A stretch of 64,000 nt of DNA from an uncultured archaeon (lineage in GTDB: Archaea > Aenigmatarchaeota > Aenigmatarchaeia > QMZP01 > JACQNV01): NCBI GenBank assembly GCA_964410585.1, contig CAYPFW010000001.1, forward strand, positions 352,001-416,000, read 5' to 3'. The notes under the pieces were generated by a model, which saw nothing but the letters and a program-made list of their open reading frames with translations, did no database searches and was not told the origin of the DNA. A program made the position numbers and the translations under genes. Within the stretch, counting starts at the first letter, position 1; each line of letters opens with the position of its first letter. Of the stretch, positions 31,101 to 38,871 are shown in pieces.

Positions 31101-31930
31101 TAGACGAAGCTTTGACAGATGAAGAAAGGCAAGCACTGCTAACAGAATCACATGGTCTGTTCACACGACTTTTGGTTCAAATTTTCGCCCAACCAGCTGG
31201 TTTGCTTTTGAACCAAGCTGCACAATTGGGTGAAGCTGCAAAAAGAAAAAGATGTGAGATACAAGATCCTGTGAGAATTGAATTCAAATCACATAGAGAT
31301 GCGAAACTTTTCTCATTTGATTCAGGAGTTAACACTCCAATGCCACCAAAAGCTGAACTAAAAGTATTCTATGGGGGAGGAGAGTCTGACTACTGTTTGT
31401 TTTATGATGGTAATGGGGAAAATTATGACAATAAATTAGATGGGACAAGTGGAAAAGGTCTTTCACTTACAAAAACAGCTGAACAAGAATATGGGGAATA
31501 TGCCAGACAAACAAGGGATGATTTCATACGTGAACAGGTAAGAAAATTTAAAGAGCTTGTGAATGAAGAAGTGACTAACAACCCTGATAGCCTTCGTATA
31601 GATGAGGACGAAAGACTTGTGTACCAACCCACAGAGAGTGGTGGTTTAGATCTAGTATCAACGGGGGAAACTAGTACCTCTGTTAGAATTAACACCTATT
31701 CTGGAAGGGTCAAAAAGAATATTGGAGAAATTAATGGCTTTTCCTATATAGCTGTAGACGAACAAAGCGATGGTATAACAGATACTTTTGTTTATAACTT
31801 AATGATTGTAGATAATCAGTGGGGGGGAGCATCAGGTAAAAATCTTATTTTAATTTCAGCAGATTCCTCACCATGGATTAAAGACCTAATTCAGGATTTA
31901 GTTAAATTCGCTAAAGAAAGAGCTGGCTAA
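28196..31930 (+). CDS. Large secreted Cys-rich repeat protein
   Basis: Signal peptide; recurring C-x-D-x-D..D-x-C..L-x-E-x-x-C..C..G-x-C module. Confidence 0.85.
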   Translation: MGCKSVFIFVSSLILISLIVSVQARDTPYTEDGLTVLKVEEFTLALGGSDGCKKDYDNNGTTPLSQQIWTPSFISSNVYGIIKDSCGTYSTELSSEAVIKEAVCEEGSRSKLLWIRLPKGTSCETNQNSAVGTTGSGYLTGDVCTDPDLGKGDEFIQQTYVTSRYGSRLDKCYSITDSPEPGSQATSRIRYDLKVTAGRTFKIPFLQEQVCSSLGYATADCDQEFGKKINDTHYEVWGCGKPGKDPTRWGEWENTGRCEYWGDFEKRTSTSTGPTTEPETKPDGDKTPDGETTGPTGTIEQCSDTDRDATKNPNNPDKIPTIGGTTVSGGQRTLDSCEIYYDDNRKEFVHSLNEAFCDKKGVNTERVYCNAVYANNRDYRKNYAGEGTIGNSLFPELTTGSQCYCPGGYEKTLVPYEHWKCKGSSPGYCVPPEFDIGFRPEGEVTGPTSGPATLGRNEGVICEDLPDAGDIPSIKSTATIKGEKSGAIVKEEPDRCVSIKGRTVKWYNPLSWLNNYLFVKGDFLRESVCDGNAKTKFSYYRCSDEPGKGCLNEGSCTNAVPLEKEAPSLDMFGKLNALKKAVDDAINGFFGGTTELSGPEIPTTERLPTENETCINYDKDRIEVLTRSGAAEYQNGKILRLPDTCMPGTQIDPTKLNSYSTILQEQLCENGKIVTKQVNCARQLGGVCSEGLEGQGAACVKLDKKEYESPVDARVVKQHCTDNDADNEYTASYVVDEFNILPDKCLDSSHLQEAICPENIDTKKLINLDNIEDRSGKYRTLECDCVTDLNGLGRCDGNYKPSGEKVVVHPKSKPEANTKIVCEDKPDGGNRPLFGSTVTREVTANGRIVVRHSFRDKGVVLTGSGFLGFGKSNSTYLKEGVCEQNNGASIGFRYYKCSDGFVSDTTGNGDICKGSAEPVDDAETIEKINAVAGGLKVSRPATQPTTPTEFVTMLIGNSQLANTIEEGNLDEALTDEERQALLTESHGLFTRLLVQIFAQPAGLLLNQAAQLGEAAKRKRCEIQDPVRIEFKSHRDAKLFSFDSGVNTPMPPKAELKVFYGGGESDYCLFYDGNGENYDNKLDGTSGKGLSLTKTAEQEYGEYARQTRDDFIREQVRKFKELVNEEVTNNPDSLRIDEDERLVYQPTESGGLDLVSTGETSTSVRINTYSGRVKKNIGEINGFSYIAVDEQSDGITDTFVYNLMIVDNQWGGASGKNLILISADSSPWIKDLIQDLVKFAKERAG

Positions 31931-31995
31931 AATTCAATCAATTTTAAATACTTTTCGCTTTTTTTTGTTTAGAATATAAAAGTTACTACTAATTA

Positions 31996-33009
31996 ATGGC
32001 TATGGTTAAGACGAGATATTTAGCGCTAGCAATCCCACTTGTTTTTGTTAGCGGGGAAGCTGTTGCAGATCCACAACTTAAACATATTAGGGACAATAGA
32101 TATGAGACAACAATTAGAGAGTTGATGGAAAACCCCGATTGGTTTGACAAGGCCTATGTGTTTGTGTTTAATGGGGTGAAAAGCGGTGAACTGTCACCAA
32201 CAGTTAGATATGAAGTTATTGTCAGGCAAGCTTTGGATCCTGAGAAATTTGTTGAAGAAAAGGTTTCTTTTAAGCTTTTTTCTGATAGACCAGACCCTAG
32301 AATAGATAGTTTTAACCAAAGAATAAGGATGAATAGGCGAGGTGCTATAGGCTATCTGGAGGCGAATAGAGAATTGCTAGATTCTATATCACTAGAGGCA
32401 GTTGATACTCTTAAAAGAAGGTTAGCAGAATATAATGGGATGGAAAGGGATCCAAATACGCCAATTAGCTTTGTCCCTCTTCAAATATTTGACCCAAATC
32501 AGCCTGGACAAAGGTCGCCAGAACTTGCAAGATATATTGAATCAGAATTAATGGGAAAATCTTCCATATCACACTTTTTTGGACCAGAAGAAGAACAGGA
32601 AGCAAGTAGGTTTTTGGATGAGGAAGCAATTAGAATGGGATTCAGACCAATAGAGGACATGACACCAAGACAGGCAATTGATTTTATGTATGCTGTTTTT
32701 AATCCAGGAGTTAGGGGACACAGAAAAGATGCAACATACGAGCCAATAGGGTTTGGCCAGTTTTTAGTTGAAGGCGGCAATTGCACAGACTCTGGATGGA
32801 TTTCTACAAGAGCTTGGAATTTGATGAGGAGCAGAAACCCGTCAATAGAAGACGTATATTGGCTTCCTACAACCTCATATACTATTTCTGGCAACATGTC
32901 AACAGGGCATATGATAAACACCTTAGTTAGCAAAACTGGCCAAGTGACTTTTGTTGACCTAACCCGAGGATCAGGTGGGGTAGATACAAGAACACTTGTT
33001 ATTAAATAG
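31996..33009 (+). CDS. Secreted protein with possible transglutaminase-like Cys-His-Asp triad
   Basis: GGNCTDS..GHMINTL..FVDLT. Confidence 0.55.
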   Translation: MAMVKTRYLALAIPLVFVSGEAVADPQLKHIRDNRYETTIRELMENPDWFDKAYVFVFNGVKSGELSPTVRYEVIVRQALDPEKFVEEKVSFKLFSDRPDPRIDSFNQRIRMNRRGAIGYLEANRELLDSISLEAVDTLKRRLAEYNGMERDPNTPISFVPLQIFDPNQPGQRSPELARYIESELMGKSSISHFFGPEEEQEASRFLDEEAIRMGFRPIEDMTPRQAIDFMYAVFNPGVRGHRKDATYEPIGFGQFLVEGGNCTDSGWISTRAWNLMRSRNPSIEDVYWLPTTSYTISGNMSTGHMINTLVSKTGQVTFVDLTRGSGGVDTRTLVIK

Positions 33010-33073
33010 GCCGAAACCTTCCCAAAAAGCAAACCTTTATATATCCATTTATTTAACTACTTATTGGTGACAT

Positions 33074-33271
33074 ATGGTTTATAGAGGAAAGTTTAACAGA
33101 GAAGCATTTGAGGAGGCATTTTCAAAGGTTGTTGAGCAGGCTTTAGAAGCAGTTGGAAAGGGACCACTTGACTTAAGGACACCAAGTGAAAGAAAGGCAG
33201 AATATGTTGGTCAGCCGATTGTAGTTGATTTAAGAGGCTTAGAAAATAGGTATTCTCAGAGGAAAGTATAG
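33074..33271 (+). CDS. Small hypothetical protein
   Basis: 65 aa ORF with a GGTGA SD-like sequence upstream. Confidence 0.55.
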   Translation: MVYRGKFNREAFEEAFSKVVEQALEAVGKGPLDLRTPSERKAEYVGQPIVVDLRGLENRYSQRKV

Positions 33272-33308
33272 ATACTTTTATATAATTCTGTAAATAATAT
33301 CACTATTT

Positions 33309-34202
33309 TTGATCATTATGGCAAAGATAATACCAATAGGCAGTCAGGGCTATATCAAAATGGATAAAATAGGAAGCGGTGGAATGTGTGATGTTTATTT
33401 AGCCAAACCTATAAGAGGACAAGGGCAAGTTGTTATCAGGGAATTAAGGGAAACAAGATACGACGACGAAAATAGGCAAAACAGAAAGCTTTTTCAAAAT
33501 GGTGTCAATGCACATCTTCTTTTAGCAGAAACAGGAAGCAGATTTTTTCCAAGGTTTCTAGGATATTCTGGAACAACTTCTGCAATAGAACACATAGACG
33601 GCAGGCCGCTTTCAGAATATGGACCACAGGAGGAGAGAATCGTTTTAGCCTTAGCATATGAAATGGCTAGATGTTTTGAGCAGTTCCATGGTGTCAAAGT
33701 TGGGAGGAAAAGGCCACCTGTTCATAGAGACCCAAAACCAGATAATTTTCTTATAACAGAAGGTGAAAGGGAGCCGATTGTATTGCTTGATTTTGATTTT
33801 GCTTGCATAAACAGAACAAGGGATCCTGTAACAGGCCTATGGACAAGATATTCATCTCCAGAACAAGTAGAAGGAAGACCTGTTTCTCCTAGATCAGATT
33901 TATTTTCACTAGGATCAACTCTATACACTCTTTTAACAGGAGAAAAGCCCCCTCATCATATTTACCAAGACAATGCATTTGATGTAGGAACTGATAGATC
34001 GGGAAATAGAGCATCAATGATTCCACAAAAGGGGGATATCAACCCAAGGACACAAATAGGCCAGGTTATTTTGAATTGTTGGAGAATGAATGGGGAACCA
34101 TACGATACAGCGACACAAATGAAAACAGACTTACAGGAAAGAATGAAGAGAAAAAGGATACCAAAAGATACAAGAAAAGTTTTGGCTTTGATGGATAGAT
34201 AG
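33309..34202 (+). CDS. Hanks-type Ser/Thr protein kinase
   Basis: IGSGGMCDVY, HRDPKPDN, DFDFA, YSSPEQ, SDLFSLG. Confidence 0.92.
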   Translation: MIIMAKIIPIGSQGYIKMDKIGSGGMCDVYLAKPIRGQGQVVIRELRETRYDDENRQNRKLFQNGVNAHLLLAETGSRFFPRFLGYSGTTSAIEHIDGRPLSEYGPQEERIVLALAYEMARCFEQFHGVKVGRKRPPVHRDPKPDNFLITEGEREPIVLLDFDFACINRTRDPVTGLWTRYSSPEQVEGRPVSPRSDLFSLGSTLYTLLTGEKPPHHIYQDNAFDVGTDRSGNRASMIPQKGDINPRTQIGQVILNCWRMNGEPYDTATQMKTDLQERMKRKRIPKDTRKVLALMDR

Positions 34203-34206
34203 CTTA

Positions 34207-34293
34207 GTGGAAGCCGTAAAAATTTTGCGAATCGGAGTGAGCAAAATTCTAGGCTCCGATTTTGGCATAAGCCTTTTATTGAAAAAAGGCTTA
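34207..34293 (+). repeat. Family A mini-element (copy A6)
   Basis: GGAAGCC..GGCTCC; hairpin TAAGCC..GGCTTA ends on the HerA-like stop. Confidence 0.9.
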
Positions 34294-35790
34294 CATAAAC
34301 GACTGTGCATCTTCCTTATTTTGTTTCACTATCTTACCATATTCTTTCGCAGCTTCTTCTAAAGACTGGCCTTTAGTACCTTCCTTTGATTGTCTTTTTC
34401 TCACATCAACAAAAACAGGGAAGCTCACAGCCTCGCCAACTATCAAACCGGTTCCAACAGGTAGGGAAGATATTTGTTTAACTACATCATAAGTTATTCC
34501 TTCAGATGATTCCTGTATATGTTTTAAGTCGTATGGATTTGTGACTCTAAAAATAAAATTTGTATTGCACTGGGATAAAGCAGTTGTTGAAAGTTGAACA
34601 GGCCTCTGAGAAACCAAGCAAAGGCAAGCATTAAATTTTCTACCCTCCCTTGCAATTGTTTCTATTATTCCTTTGCTTATAGATCCATCCTTGCTTGATT
34701 TTTCTGGAGCAAATTGATGAGCCTCTTCTATCACAAGTAGGAAAGGTGGGATAACTTCGCGCCTTCTAGAATCAAAAAGCTTGCTAGCTAAATAGGAAAC
34801 AATAATTTGTTTTTTGCTCAAAGAAACTATTTGTGATAAGTCTATTATTGCAAGCTTACCTTGTTCTGTTATTTCCTTTACTGAAGGATAATCTGAAACA
34901 CCAAATATGCCTGTTGACTGAAGGTTGTATAGGAGCGAAACTAATACATCTTTTGTTGATGCTTTTATTTTTTCATCTTGCTCTAAGCTTGTTATTAATT
35001 CTTGGATTCCATAATTTTTAGGCATTTCCCTAACCACTCTAGCAAGTTCCCTTGTCTGTGCATGAGAAACCAATCCAGGGACAAATTTAGAAAGCTGATA
35101 GGGAGATAAGTTGGGCACACCAATTCTTATGTCATTTGATTGGAAGATTTTGACTTTATTTGAGAGCTCAGAATTTCTAATAAGTGAAGAATACTCTCCA
35201 TGTGGATCTATTACAACAACAGAAAGCTGACCATGTTCTGATTTTCTGTTCAAAAGCTCTTCAAGCATCACAGCTATGCTATAGCTTTTTCCTGAGCCCG
35301 AAATAGCCAAGATAGCCAAATGTTTTTGGAAAAGTTTTGTCATGTTTAATTTCACATCAACATCATGGTATTTTAATTTTCCTAGATGTATTCCATTTTG
35401 ATCAAAACCAAAAAACTTTGCAAGTATTTCTAAATCCGGTTCGTATACATGATTTCCAGGAGACACAGGAAATGTAGATTCTTTAAATTTTCCAGAATTG
35501 AAAACGCCTAAGGGTTTTGCTTCTGCTACTAAATATTCGTGTTCCCAAACAGGATAATGCCAATCCATTTGGCCTCCTGTATTTTGAACATCAGAAACAG
35601 ATTCTGGTCTGTTGAAATACTTGTTTGTTCTTAGAATATCCGAAACCCTTCCTATCAGCTTGCCTTCATGTGTATCCAATTGAACAAACTGACCCCTGTG
35701 TATGACAACATCTTTGTTCAAAACAAAAGAAAACTTCCTTGTTGAAGGGGATTCGAAGGTTGAAATTATTGTACCGTAAGTTTGTGGCAT
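34291..35790 (-). CDS. HerA/DUF87-family ATPase
   Basis: HAS barrel; ISGSGKS, IDPHGEY, IEEAH, AREGRKF, SQRP. Confidence 0.93.
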   Translation of the reverse strand: MPQTYGTIISTFESPSTRKFSFVLNKDVVIHRGQFVQLDTHEGKLIGRVSDILRTNKYFNRPESVSDVQNTGGQMDWHYPVWEHEYLVAEAKPLGVFNSGKFKESTFPVSPGNHVYEPDLEILAKFFGFDQNGIHLGKLKYHDVDVKLNMTKLFQKHLAILAISGSGKSYSIAVMLEELLNRKSEHGQLSVVVIDPHGEYSSLIRNSELSNKVKIFQSNDIRIGVPNLSPYQLSKFVPGLVSHAQTRELARVVREMPKNYGIQELITSLEQDEKIKASTKDVLVSLLYNLQSTGIFGVSDYPSVKEITEQGKLAIIDLSQIVSLSKKQIIVSYLASKLFDSRRREVIPPFLLVIEEAHQFAPEKSSKDGSISKGIIETIAREGRKFNACLCLVSQRPVQLSTTALSQCNTNFIFRVTNPYDLKHIQESSEGITYDVVKQISSLPVGTGLIVGEAVSFPVFVDVRKRQSKEGTKGQSLEEAAKEYGKIVKQNKEDAQSFM

Positions 35791-35823
35791 AAGTTATATT
35801 ACATCCAAATTTTAAATACACTT

Positions 35824-36645
35824 ATGGATTTGAAATTCCTTCAAAATGAACCAGCACTGTTTTTTGGGAAAACATTAGTTATTGCAGACATACATTTGGG
35901 TTTGGAGTATGACCTTTACAAATCCGGCATAAGGGTACCTTCCCAAACAGAAAAAATGAAAAACAAAATTGACCAACTGATTAAAAAAACAAAAGCTGAA
36001 AGGATTGTTTTCCTTGGGGATATAAAACACCAAGTTCCTGGAGTAAGTTGGCAAGAATTAAAAGAGGTTCCAGATTTTTTCTCCCATTTTTCCAAAAAAA
36101 TAGAGACCCATATTGTTTTGGGAAATCACGATTCTGAAATTCCTGCTTTAGTTGAAGGTATCAAAATACACAACACGCATGGTTTTAGGATAGATAACGC
36201 ATACATCATGCATGGACATGCCTGGCCAAATAAAGAATTTTTAAAATGCAAATACTTAATCACTTCCCACACACACCCCTTGATAGAAATAAAAGATAAG
36301 ATAGGACATAAATTTGTTGAAAGGGTTTGGGTAAAAGCTGATTTTGATCCTGGGGCAATTCAAGAGAAATATAATAGTACTTTTTTAGGCAAAAATAAAA
36401 CTCTATCAAAAAGAGGCCAAAAACCAAAACTAAAAACCAGCAAACTTCCAAAAATAATTTTGATGCCGGCGTTCAATGATTTGTCAGGAGGAGCTGCTCT
36501 TAATACCGAAACACAAAGAAGACAAAGAAAAAATGAACAAACCTTCTTGGGTCCTATCACTTCTTTAATAGACAAGAAAAAAACAGAAATCTACCTTTTG
36601 GATGGAACATACTTAGGGCAACTAGAATCACTTAAGCAAGTCTGA
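35824..36645 (+). CDS. Calcineurin-like metallophosphoesterase
   Basis: ADIHLG, GDIKH, GNHD, HGH, HTHP, MPAF. Confidence 0.92.
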   Translation: MDLKFLQNEPALFFGKTLVIADIHLGLEYDLYKSGIRVPSQTEKMKNKIDQLIKKTKAERIVFLGDIKHQVPGVSWQELKEVPDFFSHFSKKIETHIVLGNHDSEIPALVEGIKIHNTHGFRIDNAYIMHGHAWPNKEFLKCKYLITSHTHPLIEIKDKIGHKFVERVWVKADFDPGAIQEKYNSTFLGKNKTLSKRGQKPKLKTSKLPKIILMPAFNDLSGGAALNTETQRRQRKNEQTFLGPITSLIDKKKTEIYLLDGTYLGQLESLKQV

Positions 36646-37176
36646 TTTTGTGATTATCCCTTCAACTTTGTTTTTCTTCAGAACAAGAAGCGCCTGGTTG
36701 TGCTGCAAAAGCGCTACAACAGAGTTTATTGGTGTGTCTTCGTTTATTGTTGGAAGAGGATTCTCCATAACATCACCAACATTTTCTTTTTCTAGAAGTT
36801 CTATATCCTCGCCTTCTGCTATTTTATCAAGTATCGTTTTTTCAGATATACTCCCAACAACATTTTCAGATTCAAAAACAGGAAGCTGGGAAATATTATT
36901 TTTTTTAATCAGCTTTATCGCATTTTTTACTATATCGCTTGATTCGATTTTTATTATTTTTGTTGACATCAGATCTTTTGCCTTTTTTGAATTTTTATTT
37001 TCCAATTTATCCAGAACAAAAAATATTTTTTTGGCGTTTGTGTATGTTGGTTCTAGTTTTCCGACCTCGAGCTTTGCTATTAGCGATTGAGAAACTCCTG
37101 ACTCTTTGGCCAACTGTATTTGGGTCAGACCCAAAACTTTCCTTCTTCTTTTTATTTCGTCTAAATTTGGCAACAT
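36628..37176 (-). CDS. HTH-CBS domain transcriptional regulator
   Basis: LGLTQIQLAKESGVSQSLIAKLE plus a CBS pair. Confidence 0.93.
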   Translation of the reverse strand: MLPNLDEIKRRRKVLGLTQIQLAKESGVSQSLIAKLEVGKLEPTYTNAKKIFFVLDKLENKNSKKAKDLMSTKIIKIESSDIVKNAIKLIKKNNISQLPVFESENVVGSISEKTILDKIAEGEDIELLEKENVGDVMENPLPTINEDTPINSVVALLQHNQALLVLKKNKVEGIITKSDLLK

Positions 37177-37446
37177 AGATTGTATTGGAATTTGGGATAT
37201 TTAAGCTTTTATTCTTTTAGGAATATTTTTGGCAGAAAATATTATTATCCTTTGGCTACATATTCAGTATATGCTAGAAAAAGATAAGGGATTTTATTCA
37301 ACAAGAAGAGACCATGAATATGGTAAGCCTCTGATAAACAAGCCAACAATTGGCAATAGAACAGTAACAATAGAGGAGTATCGGGATTTTATTTCTCGTG
37401 ATAGACTAAAATAAGTCTTTTTATTAGCCCTTTACAAATATATTAA

Positions 37447-38844
37447 ATGGTTTATTCTAAAAAAATTCAGGACGAATTAGACAAAAAGAAAATAAAAATA
37501 GGTGAAGAAGTTGAAATAGAAATTAAAACATCTGACAAATCAGGTTCGGTATCTGGAAAAAAGTATACGGGCTTGTTGATGCCAAGACCAGATATAGGCA
37601 ACCACTCTACAATTGTTCTAAAATTAGAAAATGGATACAATGTAGGAATTGACTGCTCAAAAGATTTTTCTTTGAAAAAAATTGAGCACAAACACAAAGA
37701 ATTGAAAGAGGAAAAGGACATTGAGCTGGGGAAAATAAAAGAAAAACCAAAAACTAATTTCGATTCAAAAAAACCAACAATTTCTATCCTCGGTTGTGGC
37801 GGAACAATAGCTAGCCGAGTTGAATATAAAACAGGCGCTGTGTTTCCTGCTTTTGACCAAAGTGATATACTGAAAATATTTCCTAGTTTAGAAAACTTTT
37901 CGAATATAAAACCGAGAAAACTATTTGACTTACTTTCAGAGGACATGCATCCGGCTCATTGGGAAATAATTGCAAAAGAAGCAGCAGAGGAAATAAAATC
38001 TGGGTCTTCTGGTGTTGTTTTGATGCACGGCACAGACACAATGCACTACACGTCTGCCGCATTGAGTTTTATGATTCAAAACCTTCCTGTCCCAATTGTT
38101 TTAGTTGGAGCACAAAGAAGCTCTGATAGAGGTAGCTCTGACAATCTTCAAAATTTACTTTGCGCTGCTAGGATAGGACTTTCAGATATTGCAGAAGTTT
38201 CTGTTTGCATGCATGCAACAAGTTCAGATGATTATTGTTTTGCCCATAGAGGAACAAGGATTAGGAAGATGCACACTTCAAGAAGGGATGCTTTCAGAAG
38301 CATCAACACACTACCACTTGCAAAGGTGTGGCAAGATGGAAAAATTGAGTATTTGAGAAAAGATTATAATACAAGAGAAAAAAGAAACCTGAAACTGGAT
38401 ACAAAAATGAATCCAAATGTTTGTCTAATACAATCTCATCCAGCAATAAAATCTGAATTCATACAATCACTATCTAAGTTTTATGACGGTGTTGTTATAT
38501 CAGCAACTGGATTGGGTCACTTGCCATCTAATGCTTTTGGGGACAGGCTAGCAAAGAACGTAATACCCAGTGTCAAATCGCTTATTGATTCTGGGGTTCC
38601 TGTTGTTATAGCCCCACAAACAATTTATGGTCGAATTGAAATGAATGTTTATACAGCAGGACGACTACTTGAAGAAGCAGGTGCAATTGGAAATAATTGT
38701 GATTGGACACCAGAAACAGCTTTAGTAAAATTAATGTGGGTCCTCGGCCACACGAAAAATTTAGATGAGGTAAAAAAGTTAATGCTGACAAATATTACTG
38801 GGGAAATAAGTGAGAGGAGCTTACCAGAGACCTTCCTCTACTGA
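37447..38844 (+). CDS. gatD: Glutamyl-tRNA(Gln) amidotransferase subunit D
   Basis: LKLENGYNVG, GGTIASRV, HGTDTM, GAQRSSDR. Confidence 0.97.
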   Translation: MVYSKKIQDELDKKKIKIGEEVEIEIKTSDKSGSVSGKKYTGLLMPRPDIGNHSTIVLKLENGYNVGIDCSKDFSLKKIEHKHKELKEEKDIELGKIKEKPKTNFDSKKPTISILGCGGTIASRVEYKTGAVFPAFDQSDILKIFPSLENFSNIKPRKLFDLLSEDMHPAHWEIIAKEAAEEIKSGSSGVVLMHGTDTMHYTSAALSFMIQNLPVPIVLVGAQRSSDRGSSDNLQNLLCAARIGLSDIAEVSVCMHATSSDDYCFAHRGTRIRKMHTSRRDAFRSINTLPLAKVWQDGKIEYLRKDYNTREKRNLKLDTKMNPNVCLIQSHPAIKSEFIQSLSKFYDGVVISATGLGHLPSNAFGDRLAKNVIPSVKSLIDSGVPVVIAPQTIYGRIEMNVYTAGRLLEEAGAIGNNCDWTPETALVKLMWVLGHTKNLDEVKKLMLTNITGEISERSLPETFLY

Positions 38845-38871
38845 TTTAAATGAGATCCTCGAAATAATAGT

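Noticed and set aside
34291-36645. HerA plus phosphoesterase as a defence system or NurA-HerA-Mre11 operon
   Set aside because: The genes are divergent, and no NurA, Rad50 or Sir2 partner is seen; treated as housekeeping
37229-37414. 61-aa ORF upstream of gatD
   Set aside because: Short, no motif and uncertain start; not enough support
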